Origin: Octopus sinensis
Lineage: Eukaryota
DNA length: 64,000 bases
Reading direction: 5' to 3'
Assembly: GCF_006345805.1 (NCBI RefSeq)
Contig: NC_042997.1
Coordinates: 60,574,001 to 60,638,000 of the forward strand
The notes under the pieces are model-generated. The model worked only from the letters and a program-made list of their open reading frames with translations. It had not been told where the DNA came from and did not search any database. The position numbers and the translations under genes were made by a program. This document shows, in pieces, positions 1 through 12,901 of the stretch; within the stretch, counting starts at the first letter, position 1, and each line of letters opens with the position of its first letter.

Positions 1-1012
1 TAAAACATGAATGTGATGAACAAAAGAATGAAATAGAAGAAATTCAGAGGTCTGAACTGCAAGACAGTAATAATAGCAAGATAGATTACATAACAGATAA
101 TGCTATGAATGATCACAATATGGAAAAGGAGTCTTTAATAATTAGAAATTAATCACCAACATGATCAAGAATAAAATTTAGTAAACTATTGATACACAGA
201 ACACATTTCAGGAGATCAAGTTGGAAGAAGAAAAGAAATTTAGATTTTTTTTAATGTATAAATTTTGTTACAGTTGACATTATAATAAATTCCTACAACC
301 CATTTTAACCAGGTCAGGACCATACAAATATAAATGAAAAATTAGGTTACTCTGGTATTTTGATGATTTCACCTGTCTGTGCCTTACAATTGGTTAAGCT
401 TGACATTAGAATCTACATTAGATAAACCTACACATTTTTAATACTATAATTACAGACTATAACTTTCAGTATTTAGCAAATAAGCTTTATTACATTTAAT
501 ATATATATATCTAAAAAAAATCTTACTGTACACAAAAGAAGATAGTATTGTTAATTAGTTCTTTTCATTAACTTTTAAGCAATTAAAATTAGTTTGCACA
601 GGATAAAAGAACAAAAGAACTTAAAACATTTATTAATTTATGAATATATTGTATGCTAATTCTTAGGAAATATTGAAGCTTATAAATTTATGTTAATGAA
701 CAATTTATTACAACTCATTTCTTTACAATGTAATAAGAAAATAGTTCATTAAAAAAGATTTATTTATAATAAATATTATTATTTCAAATATGCAGTAATG
801 GTTACTTTTTAACTTATATATTTTACATTATACAGTTTATGATATTAAACATACAACTAACATTTAAAAAAATGAATTTTAATTAGACAAATTAAGAAGT
901 AATGTCACACATTATGTTTCACCTTATGTTAATATTTTAATTTCTTTCCTTTTTTTCTTGTTTTTTTTTTTGTTTTGTTTAGGACCTCGATGCAAAAATA
1001 TGAGGTACTCTA

Positions 1013-1220
1013 CTAATGACTACAGCATTTAGCATAATCCATTACAAAGTGTATCAAATTCACTGCTAAACTAATAATGATTACATCTTTAACTAAACAC
1101 AAAGTATTTTCTGGAAGTAGATGTAATAATATTGTTTGAAGTATCCTTGGTATTATTTCAATTACAGTAAGGAATGGAAGCAAAATCAATTCAGTACATT
1201 TCAAACAGTAAAGCAATACA
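1013..1220 (-). CDS. Candidate terminal coding exon (hydrophobic, about 69 codons) inside the MKK7 intron region
   Basis: Minus-strand acceptor ttttataatatctAG|T at 1221/1220. The open frame VLLYCLKCTELILLPFL...AKCCSH runs to a stop at 1013. Phase 2 matches the 27-nt microexon at 3701-3727. It could be a chance ORF on a T-rich strand. Confidence 0.3.
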
Positions 1221-2279
1221 CTAGATATTATAAAATAGGTTAAACTTCTTTAGGTTTTGGCTAACTTGAATAATTATTTATCAAGCACAAAGTAGCAACT
1301 GAATGGATCGTACTAAATTTCTGAAACCACTGGATCATTGGGGCACCATCTTAGTAACTGTTTATGCAATGTATCTAGAGCAAACTGAATGTAAATAATA
1401 ATAATAATAATAATGTTCTAATGTGCATTAGATGTAAGAAATTAGCATCAATTTTTCATTTATTTGCATCAAACACTTTAGCAATTTAAAAGGAAAATAA
1501 GAAATAAATCACAAAATCAATGAAACCCTTCTTAAATGAAGTTAATATTTGAGAATGTGGAGAAAAGAAATGAAAACACCAACAAAGCAAACACTAAATC
1601 ACCACTTGACATACACTGAATGCTTAAGAAATAAGATTTTAATCATGAACATTTTTAGTGAAATAATAAGAACTACAAAAATAGAAATGCTCAACAGCTG
1701 CTCAGAAAAGCTATATGATCTAAAACATCTAAGAAATAATCACAGAAAGATGAAGACAAGAAAGAAAAATGATGAAAATCAGAAATCTCCAGTTTAAATA
1801 AATACAACCCTGGCTTGTGCTCATGCTGGAACAAATATAATGAAGCCTGTGTGTATATTTGTTTGTGTGTATGTGTGCTTGCTAAGGCATATGAAACATG
1901 GGACATTTGGCTGGTTACTGGACTTGCAACATTGAGAGCTAAGTTCAAGCCAATCTATTGCTGCTATGTGAGTGGTACAGACCTTGGGCAAGACTATCAC
2001 AGCTCCCTCGCCGATGGAAGTTAGTAAGACTGCAGTCATAATCCCATTTCACTGGTAAAGAAAAAATAGAGACAGCATCTTTCCATCATTCTAGACATAC
2101 TCAGCACTTTAATGTAACCTCAGAAATTGCATTACATGAAGCAGTGCAGTATTTCAGCAAATCAGTAAAGAATTTCCAACTGATAAGCATCATGTGATGA
2201 AGTGAAAACAGGGACAAAGCTGTGTTTACATAAATTTATAATTATTTGGTGCAAAACAATTGCAATGAGTTCTCAAAGG

Positions 2280-2280
<1 letters not shown>

Positions 2281-2316
<36 letters not shown>

Positions 2317-2375
2317 ATATATATTATATAAATATATATATATATATATAATATATATGATATATATATTATAGA

Positions 2376-2409
<34 letters not shown>

Positions 2410-2524
2410 TGATATATATATTATAGAATATATATATATATATATAATATATATAATATATATATATATTATAGAAATAATATATATATATATATATATA
2501 ATATATGATATATATATTATAGAA

Positions 2525-2566
<42 letters not shown>

Positions 2567-2717
2567 ATATATTATAGAAATATATATATATATATATATT
2601 ATAGAAATATATATATATAATATATATATATATAGATATATATATTATATAATATATATATATATATATATAATATAATATATATATATATATATATATG
2701 ATATATATATTATAGAA

Positions 2718-2753
<36 letters not shown>

Positions 2754-2777
2754 ATATATGATATATATATTATAGAA

Positions 2778-2810
<33 letters not shown>

Positions 2811-3015
2811 GATATATATATTATAGAAATATATATTATATATATATATATAGATATATATATTATAGAAATATATATATATATAATATATGATATATAT
2901 ATTATAGAAATATATATATAATATATATATTATAGAAATATATATATATATAATATATGATATATATATATATAATATATATATATATATAATATATATG
3001 ATATATATATTATAG

Positions 3016-3061
<46 letters not shown>

Positions 3062-3184
3062 TATGTTATAGAAATATATATATATATATACACATATATT
3101 ATATAAATATATACATATATATATATTATATAAATATATACACATTATATAAATATATATACATTATATAAATATATATATATA
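2281..3184. repeat. Compound (AT)n microsatellite with a recurring GATATATATATTATAGAAATATA unit
   Basis: About 900 bp of AT dinucleotides punctuated repeatedly by 'ttatagaa' and 'tgata' motifs. Confidence 0.95.
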
Positions 3185-3700
3185 TTTAATTTTTAAAATG
3201 GATTTAAATTACTTTTTAAAACACATTCTGAGGCTAATGAAATGTCCAAAAAACCATACATTAATTTACTGAGTAAACTTTTTACTTAACACTTAATATT
3301 CTGATGTGAAAATGGTACAAGTTAATACATGAACAAATAAAGGGAAAATTAGTTATTCAGCCAAATTTTGATTTGCCAAGCAAAAATGTAGAATGGCAAT
3401 ATTCTTAAGATAATATGAGATTACTTTGGAAAGGTTTTTTTTTTCTTTCCTCTAATGAAAACATTCTAAATTTCAAGTTATTTTAATCTTGATTACATAT
3501 ATGAGGTTGATAAAACATATTTTCACAATTATAATATAATTCATTTATCATAGTATAATAATGATCTTAAACAAACCGGCTCAGAAAAACAAGGCTTGCC
3601 CTGCAATTGGGTGGAGTTTAACTGGAGGGCAGAAACTGTAAACACCTTGAAATACATATCAACAAGAGAAAAGGTAAGAAAAAGGGAAGGTGGCACTTAC

Positions 3701-3727
3701 TTGATAAAGTTCAATGATGTGAAGTGT
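3701..3727 (-). CDS. Candidate 27-nt microexon
   Basis: Minus strand reads a >100-nt pyrimidine tract including (CT)n, then ctctcCAG|ACACTTCACATCATTGAACTTTATCAA|GTAAGTG. Open in phase 0 (TLHIIELYQ) and phase 2 (HFTSLNFI); stop in phase 1. Confidence 0.55.
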
Positions 3728-3806
3728 CTGGAGAGGTGAAATTGATGCCAGTAAGGGGCAGTAGGTGGCAAAAGGTGAAGAAACAAGACAAAAAGGAAAG
3801 AGAAAT

Positions 3807-3807
<1 letters not shown>

Positions 3808-3845
<38 letters not shown>

Positions 3846-3860
3846 AAGAGAGAGAGAGAT
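3808..3860. repeat. (GA)n microsatellite, forming the (CT)n pyrimidine tract of the minus-strand microexon
   Basis: Direct reading. Confidence 0.95.
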
Positions 3861-4554
3861 GGGGAGGGGGAAAAGAGAAAAGAGATAGAGGTATAAAAAA
3901 AAACTCAGCAAGATGCAAAAGTTAACTATCTTTGAAACTGAGTATAGTTGACATCCTTTTTGTCACGAATACAGAAAACTAATAGTAACCACAAATTTCA
4001 AAAACCATGAGAACTATCTAAATACACACATAGATACATAATATATATATATGTGATACAACAAAGACCTAAGCTCTCCAAAATGTTCAACACTATTACT
4101 GCAATAAAAAAAAAGGAACACCAGCATGTCTCCAACTAAAGAAATGGCAACAATTTATTGTGATAATTTTATGAAGAGGACAACACTTCATGTAAAGCAA
4201 CAAATATGAACAAATTATGTTCAAAAACAAACTGACATATGCAAACCCGAAAAATAATCTCATTAAAAAATATGCACTTCATAAATGAAATTCCTGGAAT
4301 TTCTTTCGTTAAGAGAAAACTTTGTAAAGGTGGTGTAGAACATGATAAGAAAATATTTTCTTAATGTTTACAAACACGAATTAGACTATAAGCTACATAT
4401 GCCAAAATAAATTTTACTAAAATGACCAAAAAATTTTTATTGATAGGAGTATTCTTGTGGGCTATTATTTTTGGTTTGTTTATATTTTTGCTGAATTTTG
4501 TTTTAAATTTTCATTAATTCTGTCTCAGACAGTTGTAGATTTTCTTGTCAGTGC

Positions 4555-4775
4555 TTAACTCTTTAGCATTTAAACCAGCACTATCTGGCCCAAATATTCT
4601 ACCTGTTTTATGTTCAAACTATCCAGATCCAACCTTTCACACCTATCATACAATGCCATTCTAAAAGTAACATCAACAAAATTTTGAATCTATGCAATAA
4701 TGCATGATTAATTCAAAACAAACTAAATAAGTAAGCATAACATTTAACAGAGTAATATGAATGCTATAGGGTTAA
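4555..4775 (+). mobile_element. piggyBac-type MITE, copy 1
   Basis: TTAA|ctctttagcatt ... aatgctataggg|TTAA. TTAA target duplication and short TIRs; internal sequence shared with 5756-5973. Confidence 0.8.
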
Positions 4776-5165
4776 ATGCTTGATGACTATTATGACAACA
4801 TTATTTTGTAAAGACACCTGCACCACATTAAACTGGTTAACGAAGAAATAGTACATTGCACTTTTGTTTGTTTTAAAATCTAAATGATTAGATATAAAAA
4901 TTCTTCTGTCACTAATAGTGTGAGGTGTGGTCAAAGTAAAAATAACAAGAAATATAAATGATAAAGTTTTGCAACTAATTTCTAAAATTAATACAGTCCT
5001 CTTTTATAATTTTACATAAGAAAAGTATCTAAAAATGACTATGGAGCTGAACTGAAATATCTTCTGCATTTTTTCATGACTTTAAGATGCATGGAATGAC
5101 TGGTGAAGGTTTATTTTATAGAAATCAATAGACTAGTTCTAAATGTAGAGTATATTGGTGTAAAA

Positions 5166-5375
5166 TGTTGGTACAAGGCCAACAACTTTGGAGAAGGAGG
5201 GGTAAGTTGATTACATTGACCCTAATGCTTAACTGGTACTTATTTTTATCAACCCTGAAAGCATGAAAGGTAAAGTCAACCTCAGCAAAATTTGAAATCA
5301 GAACATGAAGATGGACAAAATGTCACTAAGCATTTTGCCCAGTATGCTAACGATTCTGCCAGCTCGCTGCCTTAA
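5166..5375 (-). mobile_element. tRNA-derived SINE with a 'ctttcatcctttcggggtcgataaa'-type central domain (Meta/Sauria-like, naming tentative)
   Basis: Reverse strand starts ttaaggcagcgagctggcagaatcgttag (A-box-like) and has a B-box-like segment. Many copies in the window (38838-39012, 43024-43478, 46110-46250, 47085-48331, 54043-54260, 61070-61200). Confidence 0.8.
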
Positions 5376-5755
5376 ATGTAGAGTATATTAACACATTAAA
5401 TACAGAGACTAGCTAACATTAGAACCTAAGCAATATCCAACACATAATTGTGTATGTCTTTACACTATTGTATATATTATATATATATATTCCTGAAAAT
5501 ATAGCAGGAATTTCCAACTACAAATCCAATCCATACTAACATGGAAAGCAGATGTTAAATGCTGATAATGATTTTAAACAAAACAAAAATAAACTATTTC
5601 CTAAATAAATATCATTTTAGTTGTTTTTTTATATATTTAAACATCTTTATTTTTAATTTCCTTGGAGTCTTTTCATAATTTGAAAAGGTTTCTTAATAAA
5701 GACAAAAATTTAGAAGTTCTACAGAACTGAAAGTGAAATGACCAAATGGATAAGC

Positions 5756-5973
5756 TTAACCCTTTAGCATTTAAACCAGCCACATCCAGCCCAAAATATT
5801 CTACCTGTTTTATGTTCAAACTGACTAGATCTAGCCTTTCACACCTACTATACAATGTCATTCTAAAAATAAATACCCACATGCATGCTATGAGATAATG
5901 CATAATTGATTCAAAATATTGTGAATAAACAAGCATTACACTTGACAGGAAAATCTGAATGCTAAAAGGTTAA
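5756..5973 (+). mobile_element. piggyBac-type MITE, copy 2
   Basis: TTAA|ccctttagcatt ... aatgctaaaagg|TTAA; homologous to 4555-4775. Confidence 0.85.
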
Positions 5974-7699
5974 ATTCAATGGAAACATACTGCTCAAGCT
6001 GTGTATCAGTTAATCTAGGTGCAAGAAAAACAAGATTACTTAACTCTTTTGAAAAGTTATCTAGAAGAGATTAGTGCCCTGTCTCAAGAGAAAATTGACT
6101 TATTTGATGCTACAGAAATTCAAAATACTGACCATACTGAAAATGAAACAACTAATGTAAATAAAATTATAATGAAAATTAGATACTAAACAAAAGAGTA
6201 AAGGCTAAGACATGAACTAATTAACCCAGAATCTAAGAGTGTGTTTGAACTTTCAAAAACTTTTGTCACTTTTATCACTTCTGTAGTTATTTCATTTCCA
6301 ACTGAAAAAATATTACTTTAATACTCAAATCTTAATATGTTTCAAATGAGACTATAAGTCATTTTGAAAAGTTATAGAGGAAAATAATGATAAATCTTCT
6401 ACAATTGCATTTTCTCTTGTCTGTTCTGTTGTCCCAAACAGAGGCAACAAAGAGTAATGAAACTACCTTTTGTTTTGTGAGATAGAAGACAATACCAATG
6501 GTGCTAGTACCACAATGTAATGTACCTAATGCATTCTGTAAGGTGGTTGACAATGGAGCAGAAACATTGTCAAGAGAACACTTTAGTCATGTCTTGTCTT
6601 TATACTCCCTAAAGTGGTTGATGTTAGGAAATGATGCCCAGCCATAGAAATCTTGCCAAACTAAAATATACAGGTGAGACATGATCACCAACCTGTTTAG
6701 GCAAGCATAACTTTGATTTAAAATTGACTCTATGACAATTCATGCCAGCATGGAAAATAGACATAAAAACAATGATGATGATAAATAGAAATATAACTCC
6801 CTGAAGTGAAATTTGTTCCCAATATATAAGAAAAATATATTCAAACCAAATGAGATTTTGTTAAAGTATATTGATAACAATGGATCTAAATCTAATGAGT
6901 GAATAGTAAAATAATGTGAATAACATTTGAAAAAAAAAAAAAATCTGCTCTCTTATATACACTTTTAATTAAATTTATTATTTAATCTAAAGTACTAATG
7001 ATAAATTATATAGAATAATTAGGTACTTAATTAGCTGTAACAATTTTGAAGAATTATGATGATGCACAGAAAGCAATAATATTGCCCAATTAATAATTTT
7101 ATTAAATTCTCAGCCTTTTATAATACTGGATAACAACAGATTAAATGTTGAAAATTGATTTCATAATTTACACAGTAAGAGATACTTTTAGGTTTTCTGG
7201 ATAAATTTTGAAAGTACATTTCTGAAAAATAATAATAAACTAGATTTCATTTTATATGTTTCATGTAAGAGATTATTATTGTTATTGTTTTTGTTGTTGT
7301 AGCTACTTAAAGTAAACAACTGGGTTTAAGACAATGAATTTTACAGTTTTCTCTAGAGAAACAAAAAATAACTACATCTGGATAATCTACTAAAATTAGC
7401 CTAGTACCAACCATTACTACAATGATTTAAAAACAAAAATAAAGCCATTTCTATTCTGCCTAACTATGAGTCTGATATATGTTTCCTTGTTATTCTGATT
7501 TAGGTCATTGTTTGTGCCATACCATCATAGTCATTGTATACGCCATACCTTTATCTTCCCTAATATGAAAATGTTCATAACTCAAGTTTTGCAATATATG
7601 TTGTTTTTGTAATTCAGTATTAGTAGGTAATGTGAAGTTCAATGTGGTTATGAGACCATGTTGCTTCTCTGTTTTAGTGACCAATCAATTCATATATCA

Positions 7700-7927
7700 T
7701 TAACTCTTTAGCAATTAGGTTTCTCTATCAACTGTAGGGTATATTTATCCAAATTGATTTGAATTAATCATACATTACCTTATAGTTTTGAGATTTCAAT
7801 GACGTGATAGTTTATTTTTAGAATAATATAGTAGAGTAAGTAGGAGAGGCCAGATTTGGCCAGTTTGAAGATAAAACAAGTAGATTATTTTCATTGGATA
7901 TGACCAGTTTAAATGTTAAAGGGTTAA
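7700..7927 (-). mobile_element. piggyBac-type MITE, copy 3 (opposite orientation)
   Basis: TTAA|ctctttagca ... tgttaaaggg|TTAA; the reverse complement matches copies 1 and 2. Confidence 0.8.
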
Positions 7928-9269
7928 ATATTCTGATAGAGGCTCCAGCAAAGACAAATAAAGAAGACTCAGTTTAGAAGAGCCTTATTTAGTGGCAGCT
8001 ACAGACAGAATTAAGGCTTAGTGTGTAGCAATCAATACTATGGACATTTTTATGAAATCTATTTTTCTGTTTGTAATTAAAGGCTTGAAAACTGTATTGG
8101 TAGCTGTCCAGGCTTCTTAAGTATTACCGATATGTCATGGGCTGAGTCAGAATTGCATGAGCTGGAACTGACCCTATATAGAGTACAACTTTTCATTAGA
8201 TAAACGGTTTTTAATATTAACATTTTTGGTTTCACTAGGTACGTTGTATATGAGGAGAATAATTGGTACATATTATATTAGTGAATTTCAAAGTTTATAA
8301 TGTTTTCAGCTTAATGAAATAGCTGTCTCCAATCACATCTTCTTTATCATCTATATTTTGTATTCTGATTGATAAAAGTGTATCACAGATGCCGAATTAA
8401 ATAACTCAAGAAGCAGAGTTTAGTGTTTCAGCATCAAGAAATAAAGTGATATATCTATTATAATGAACATATCTTCAATTCTTATAAGTAGTTTTTTTTT
8501 TTATTTATGATGTCTGTAAAACAAGAGCATAATCTGGTCTTTGAAAGGATCCAACTTGAACTTTGACATATTGTTTACAATATACAACTTTCCCAGCTCA
8601 TTACAGTAATCAATTAAAAAAGGAAGATTTGGTAACAGCTAACAAGATTAGGCAAAAAGTGTAAAATATTACACTATATTTTTATAGCTTCTAAAAGAAT
8701 CAGTACTTGAATTATGTAATATATGCATATATTTCTTTTTAATTTCCAGTGCATAGCAGATATTGAAAAAAAATTCTGTATCCTTATCATACATTTGAGA
8801 AATATAAAAATCTTAAAACCTCACTAAGCCTTACTGACATGTTTAGTTCATTGGGAGTAATCAGGAACTTTTCTATAGGCAATATCATTGATATTCATAA
8901 GAAGTGGATATAAGAAATAGAAGTTCCTCAGACTGACTATCAATAAGCAGACACTTTAAATACACTAAATGGAGAGAAGCTATTGTATCTCAAAAATTGT
9001 AGAAATTATACATGTCAGTTGCATGATGAAATGAAAAGTGAGGAGAATGTACACTATTTCCAAGATAAAATGTGTGTAATAACTTGATAAGTTTAAGAAC
9101 ATGATTTTAATTATAAAATATGTTTACAGTGCAGTGAGATTTTGGATATTAAAGATATATTACCAATTACTGATGAAGAATGGATTAGATATAATTTTAT
9201 GGGTGTAAAGACGGACTGAGCATAGATAATTTGGAAGATATATATAGGCAAAGACACAGGTACAGACAT

Positions 9270-9395
9270 AGCTGTGTGGTCTTGGGTTCAATCCCACTGT
9301 GTGTTACCTTGGGCAATTGTCTTCTACTATAGCCTTGAGTTATACAAAGCCTTGTAAATGGATTTGGTAATGGGAAACTGAAAGAAGCCCATTTT
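9270..9395 (+). mobile_element. CORE-type SINE fragment
   Basis: gggttcaatccc B-box and gtgttaccttgggcaattgtctt, which resembles the MIR/CORE motif. Confidence 0.7.
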
Positions 9396-12300
9396 AGGGC
9401 ATCCAGCCATAAAACCATGCCAAAGTAGACCTCACTGATGCTATTTAGATAGTGCTAAATAGCACCCAATCCACTTTGTAAAGTGGTTGGCATTAGGAAG
9501 GGCATCCATCTGTAAAAGGCTTGCCAAAACAAACAGTGGAACTTGACACATTCCTCTGGTTTACCAGCTCTTCTCAAGCCATCCAACCCATTACAACATG
9601 GCACACAAAGATTAAATGATGATGTATATATTACATGTGTGTGTGTGTGTCTTTGCACACATGTGTGTTACTCTCCTTGCCTTGACTTCATGTGATAGTT
9701 GTAAATTAATGCCAACATCATGCAAGCAGTGTCCTTTGTTTCCAATTTCCTGTGAAACATGGCTAGTCATGGAGGAAATATTACTTGCTTGGCAACAGGA
9801 AGGGCATCTGACTGTAGAAAATCCACCTCAATAAATTTCATCCAACCCATGTAAACATGAATGAATGGACATTAAAATAATGGCAATGATGATATACCTA
9901 TATCTTCCAAGTTATCTATACTCTGACCATTTTCTTAACATCTCAAATATTTTAAGTGTGTGTATGAGACTGGAGCAAACTTGATAATTTTACATTAATT
10001 CCTGCTAGATAATGGAAAATGGGTTAATGTTTAATCATAGTCATGGGTGGGAGAGAGGGTAGCCATGATACAAAAGTAACTGCCTCAACCATAAGATGCA
10101 AAATAATTTACCAAAAGACTGAGAAGACACTACTACAAACTCATGATTGATGATGCTCGGATTGATCCCTCAATAATTAAAACAAAAGATGTTCTTTTCA
10201 CAAAAACTGCCATGTTCATCCTGTATTCCATTTTGCCTTTTTCTCCAAACCAACTGACTCTATTCCACCTCACTCTAAGTTTCCAGAGTTTCTTTCTACC
10301 CATACTGTAACATTATACCATACCATACTGCAAAACTTTCTCACTACATCTCTTTCTGACCATCACATCAGTTCCAATAATAATTTCAATCAAAATGTGC
10401 AGAAGACCTGGTCAAGCTATGCAACTGTAGTAAAATGTTGACAAAGATGATTTCACATTTAATATTAAACTTAACAACTTCACATAAATTTTCCAGTTAT
10501 TCCATACCAAAAGGATCTTTCTAGATAGATTAAAATATTTTCCTTCAGAATAAAAAAATAATATAAAATAGATTACTTATTTAAGCTTAACAGATACATG
10601 TAGAAACAGCTAAAAAACAATAGATACGTGGATGAGATGCTGATTCTATAATCACAAGTATTTGGTTTTCAGTTTCAACTGCAGACCTATCTTTTAAAAT
10701 GAGACAAATTAATACTATTTGTTCATCAATACCTAAATAAAGAATAAATGACTAGCCTTCTTATATGTTCATTATCAGCTGTTATCATTTTCTTCAATTT
10801 TTATCCATATTGGCATAGGATGGACAAATCTGCAATGCACCATCTTTCCAAGTATTTGCAAACAGTGTCCTTTCATTCGAGAGTTCTAGCTTTTTAATGC
10901 CTACCTAAGCCTTTATCATGTCTTTTATATTTTCACTTATATACTCTCTACAATCATCTCAAAAAGAAAGTATCATCCCTCTGCACAAGTGTATTTGGTT
11001 TCCTTGCATATGTAAGCTCACTCATTTGAAACTGAAATCATTAAAAAATTTTTTTTGCATGTAATTTATCTCAGAAGTTCACATTGAGCCATCAAAATTC
11101 TTCCATAGTACATTCATTCCCAATAAATTTACCAAGTTTCATCATGAACATTCTACAAACACTAGTACATGGAAATGGTATATTTAGCAACACATTTTTG
11201 ACACAGACATCATACAGCCAATGGCTCATGTGATGAGAGAGTCAAGCAAACTTGAATTTTGAATTTCTGTAGTCTATACAACAGCACTAGTTATTTTTGT
11301 GAAACTTTAATCTTTGATAGATTTTGGAAACCCAAACTTTCATACTTCAAACTTGGTATGCATTAACTTGACTGATTTGCAAGTGCCTACATTTATTCCT
11401 AAACTAATTTGTAACAGCTTTGAAGTAAAATAAGGAAGGATGGAGCTCCAAGTAAGCTTTGGCACTTCACTAAGTATATTGTTGATCATCAGTTTGCTTG
11501 TCATTCCCTAAAATAAGGACTGAACAGATTTCAGAAGCAATTCATCTATATCTACTTTTCCAATTGCCCATTAGCTTATAAAACATATTTTTTTGCAGAT
11601 ATTACAGTTTAGTCAGGAGAGGAGAGGCAGAACCCATTAACTTTCCAGGCCTTTCCATGTGGCAAGGATGATAGTCAAATTGAATTCCTGTAGATTATTG
11701 CTAGGGGGAGAATAAGGGAATGAAACAAACTAACATGGGAATCTCTATACAGTTATTCAACTGAGAGAAATAGCTGTCAAATTTCCTTCAACCACACCCT
11801 ATAGTCTCAAACTAGAAAAGTAACTAAAGAAATATTACATAGCTCTAGATTCACTGAGCAAAAAATAATGATGGGATAGTCATAACTCAAACCCTTTTGA
11901 CCAAAGCTATCCATTAACTAGAAGTTAAACAACATGCAGTTTTGAGGGGGTCAAATGGTTAGTGCAGGATCTGAAGAATCAAGATTACAAGAAGCTGGTG
12001 CAATGAGTGATCCAGCATGAAGTTGATATCAAACATCCAGGTTCAGAGGAACAGAAGCTGTTGAAGCAGAAAAGGGAGAAAAACAGTAATTCTATCAATT
12101 AGTGACTGCAGAAACTATGAGTGAAATTTTGCCAGTCAGTTACATTGTTTTTGCGTTATATGTGTTAGTGTGGATAGTGGCAGTAGCCTCATATATACAA
12201 GTTGTATTCTAATGTGAACTGTAGAGAGTCAACAGCTGATCCAAGCTTAAGTCCTGGCTCTGGAAAAAAACAAGATTGCCTACCACTGAAGGATTTAGAA

Positions 12301-12535
12301 ATCTCTCCAGAAACTACTTGGTTGTAGATGAAATTGTCTATGTTACACATGGATGACTGATATATGCATGTAGAAGCTTAAGATGTGAAGAGAGGTATCA
12401 TATAAAAAGGTGTGTGTGTGTAATCAGAAATAACAGCAAGCAAGTTACTAACATACATAAGAAAGAGCATAGACTATATAGCTGAACCTGGGATACACCA
12501 AACTTTAGAGAATACAATTCAAAAATATTTTATAG

Positions 12536-12901
12536 AACCAGACTTTTATGATACCCTTAAAGCCAGGAACTTTTCAGCACCCCCTCGTATTCTTATGCTA
12601 AAAATTACAAACTGTACAAGAAATTAAATAAGTCAATCTTAATTCACAACTTACCTAATCAAATATAATATCTTTTCTGCAAATAATCTTATAAACATCT
12701 AAATATCTTTTTTATTTCCACAATGAAATTTGTAGAAACATTTCTCTTATAAATTTTTTGAAAGAATATAGCTGAATCTTATTGCCCCAGTTATATCATT
12801 ATCTGTAGTGTATCAATTAAGGAGTTCCATACTTTTTCCAAGATACAAAGGTCAGTTGTATAATAAAACCAAAGCATGCTTGGAATTGTCACTATGCTTC
12901 T
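12536..12901 (+). repeat. 366-bp dispersed duplication, copy in the MKK7 intron
   Basis: Nearly identical to 25505-25870 (3 substitutions seen). Starts inside the 3' end of a mariner MITE. Confidence 0.95.
12655..12676 (-). other. Candidate 22-nt exon inside the duplicated segment
   Basis: attatttgCAG|AAAAGATATTATATTTGATTAG|GTAAGT. Perfect donor, modest acceptor. Open when entered in phase 1 (QKILYLI). Confidence 0.3.

Noticed and set aside
983-1032. Strong plus-strand acceptor at 982/983
   Set aside because: All three frames stop within 17 codons and no partner exon could be assigned; mentioned only within the low-interest antisense finding.
2930-3145. Listed ORFs rich in YI, CV, HT, poly-L, poly-C or poly-N (also 34144-34368, 44615-44966, 45549-45818 and 47645-48604)
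   Set aside because: They are translations of microsatellites.
4069-4098. 30-nt phase 1-1 exon candidate (LIVLNILESL), loosely like the vertebrate MKK7 cassette exon
   Set aside because: Good acceptor but weak donor (AG|GTCTTT); the resemblance is too short to be meaningful.
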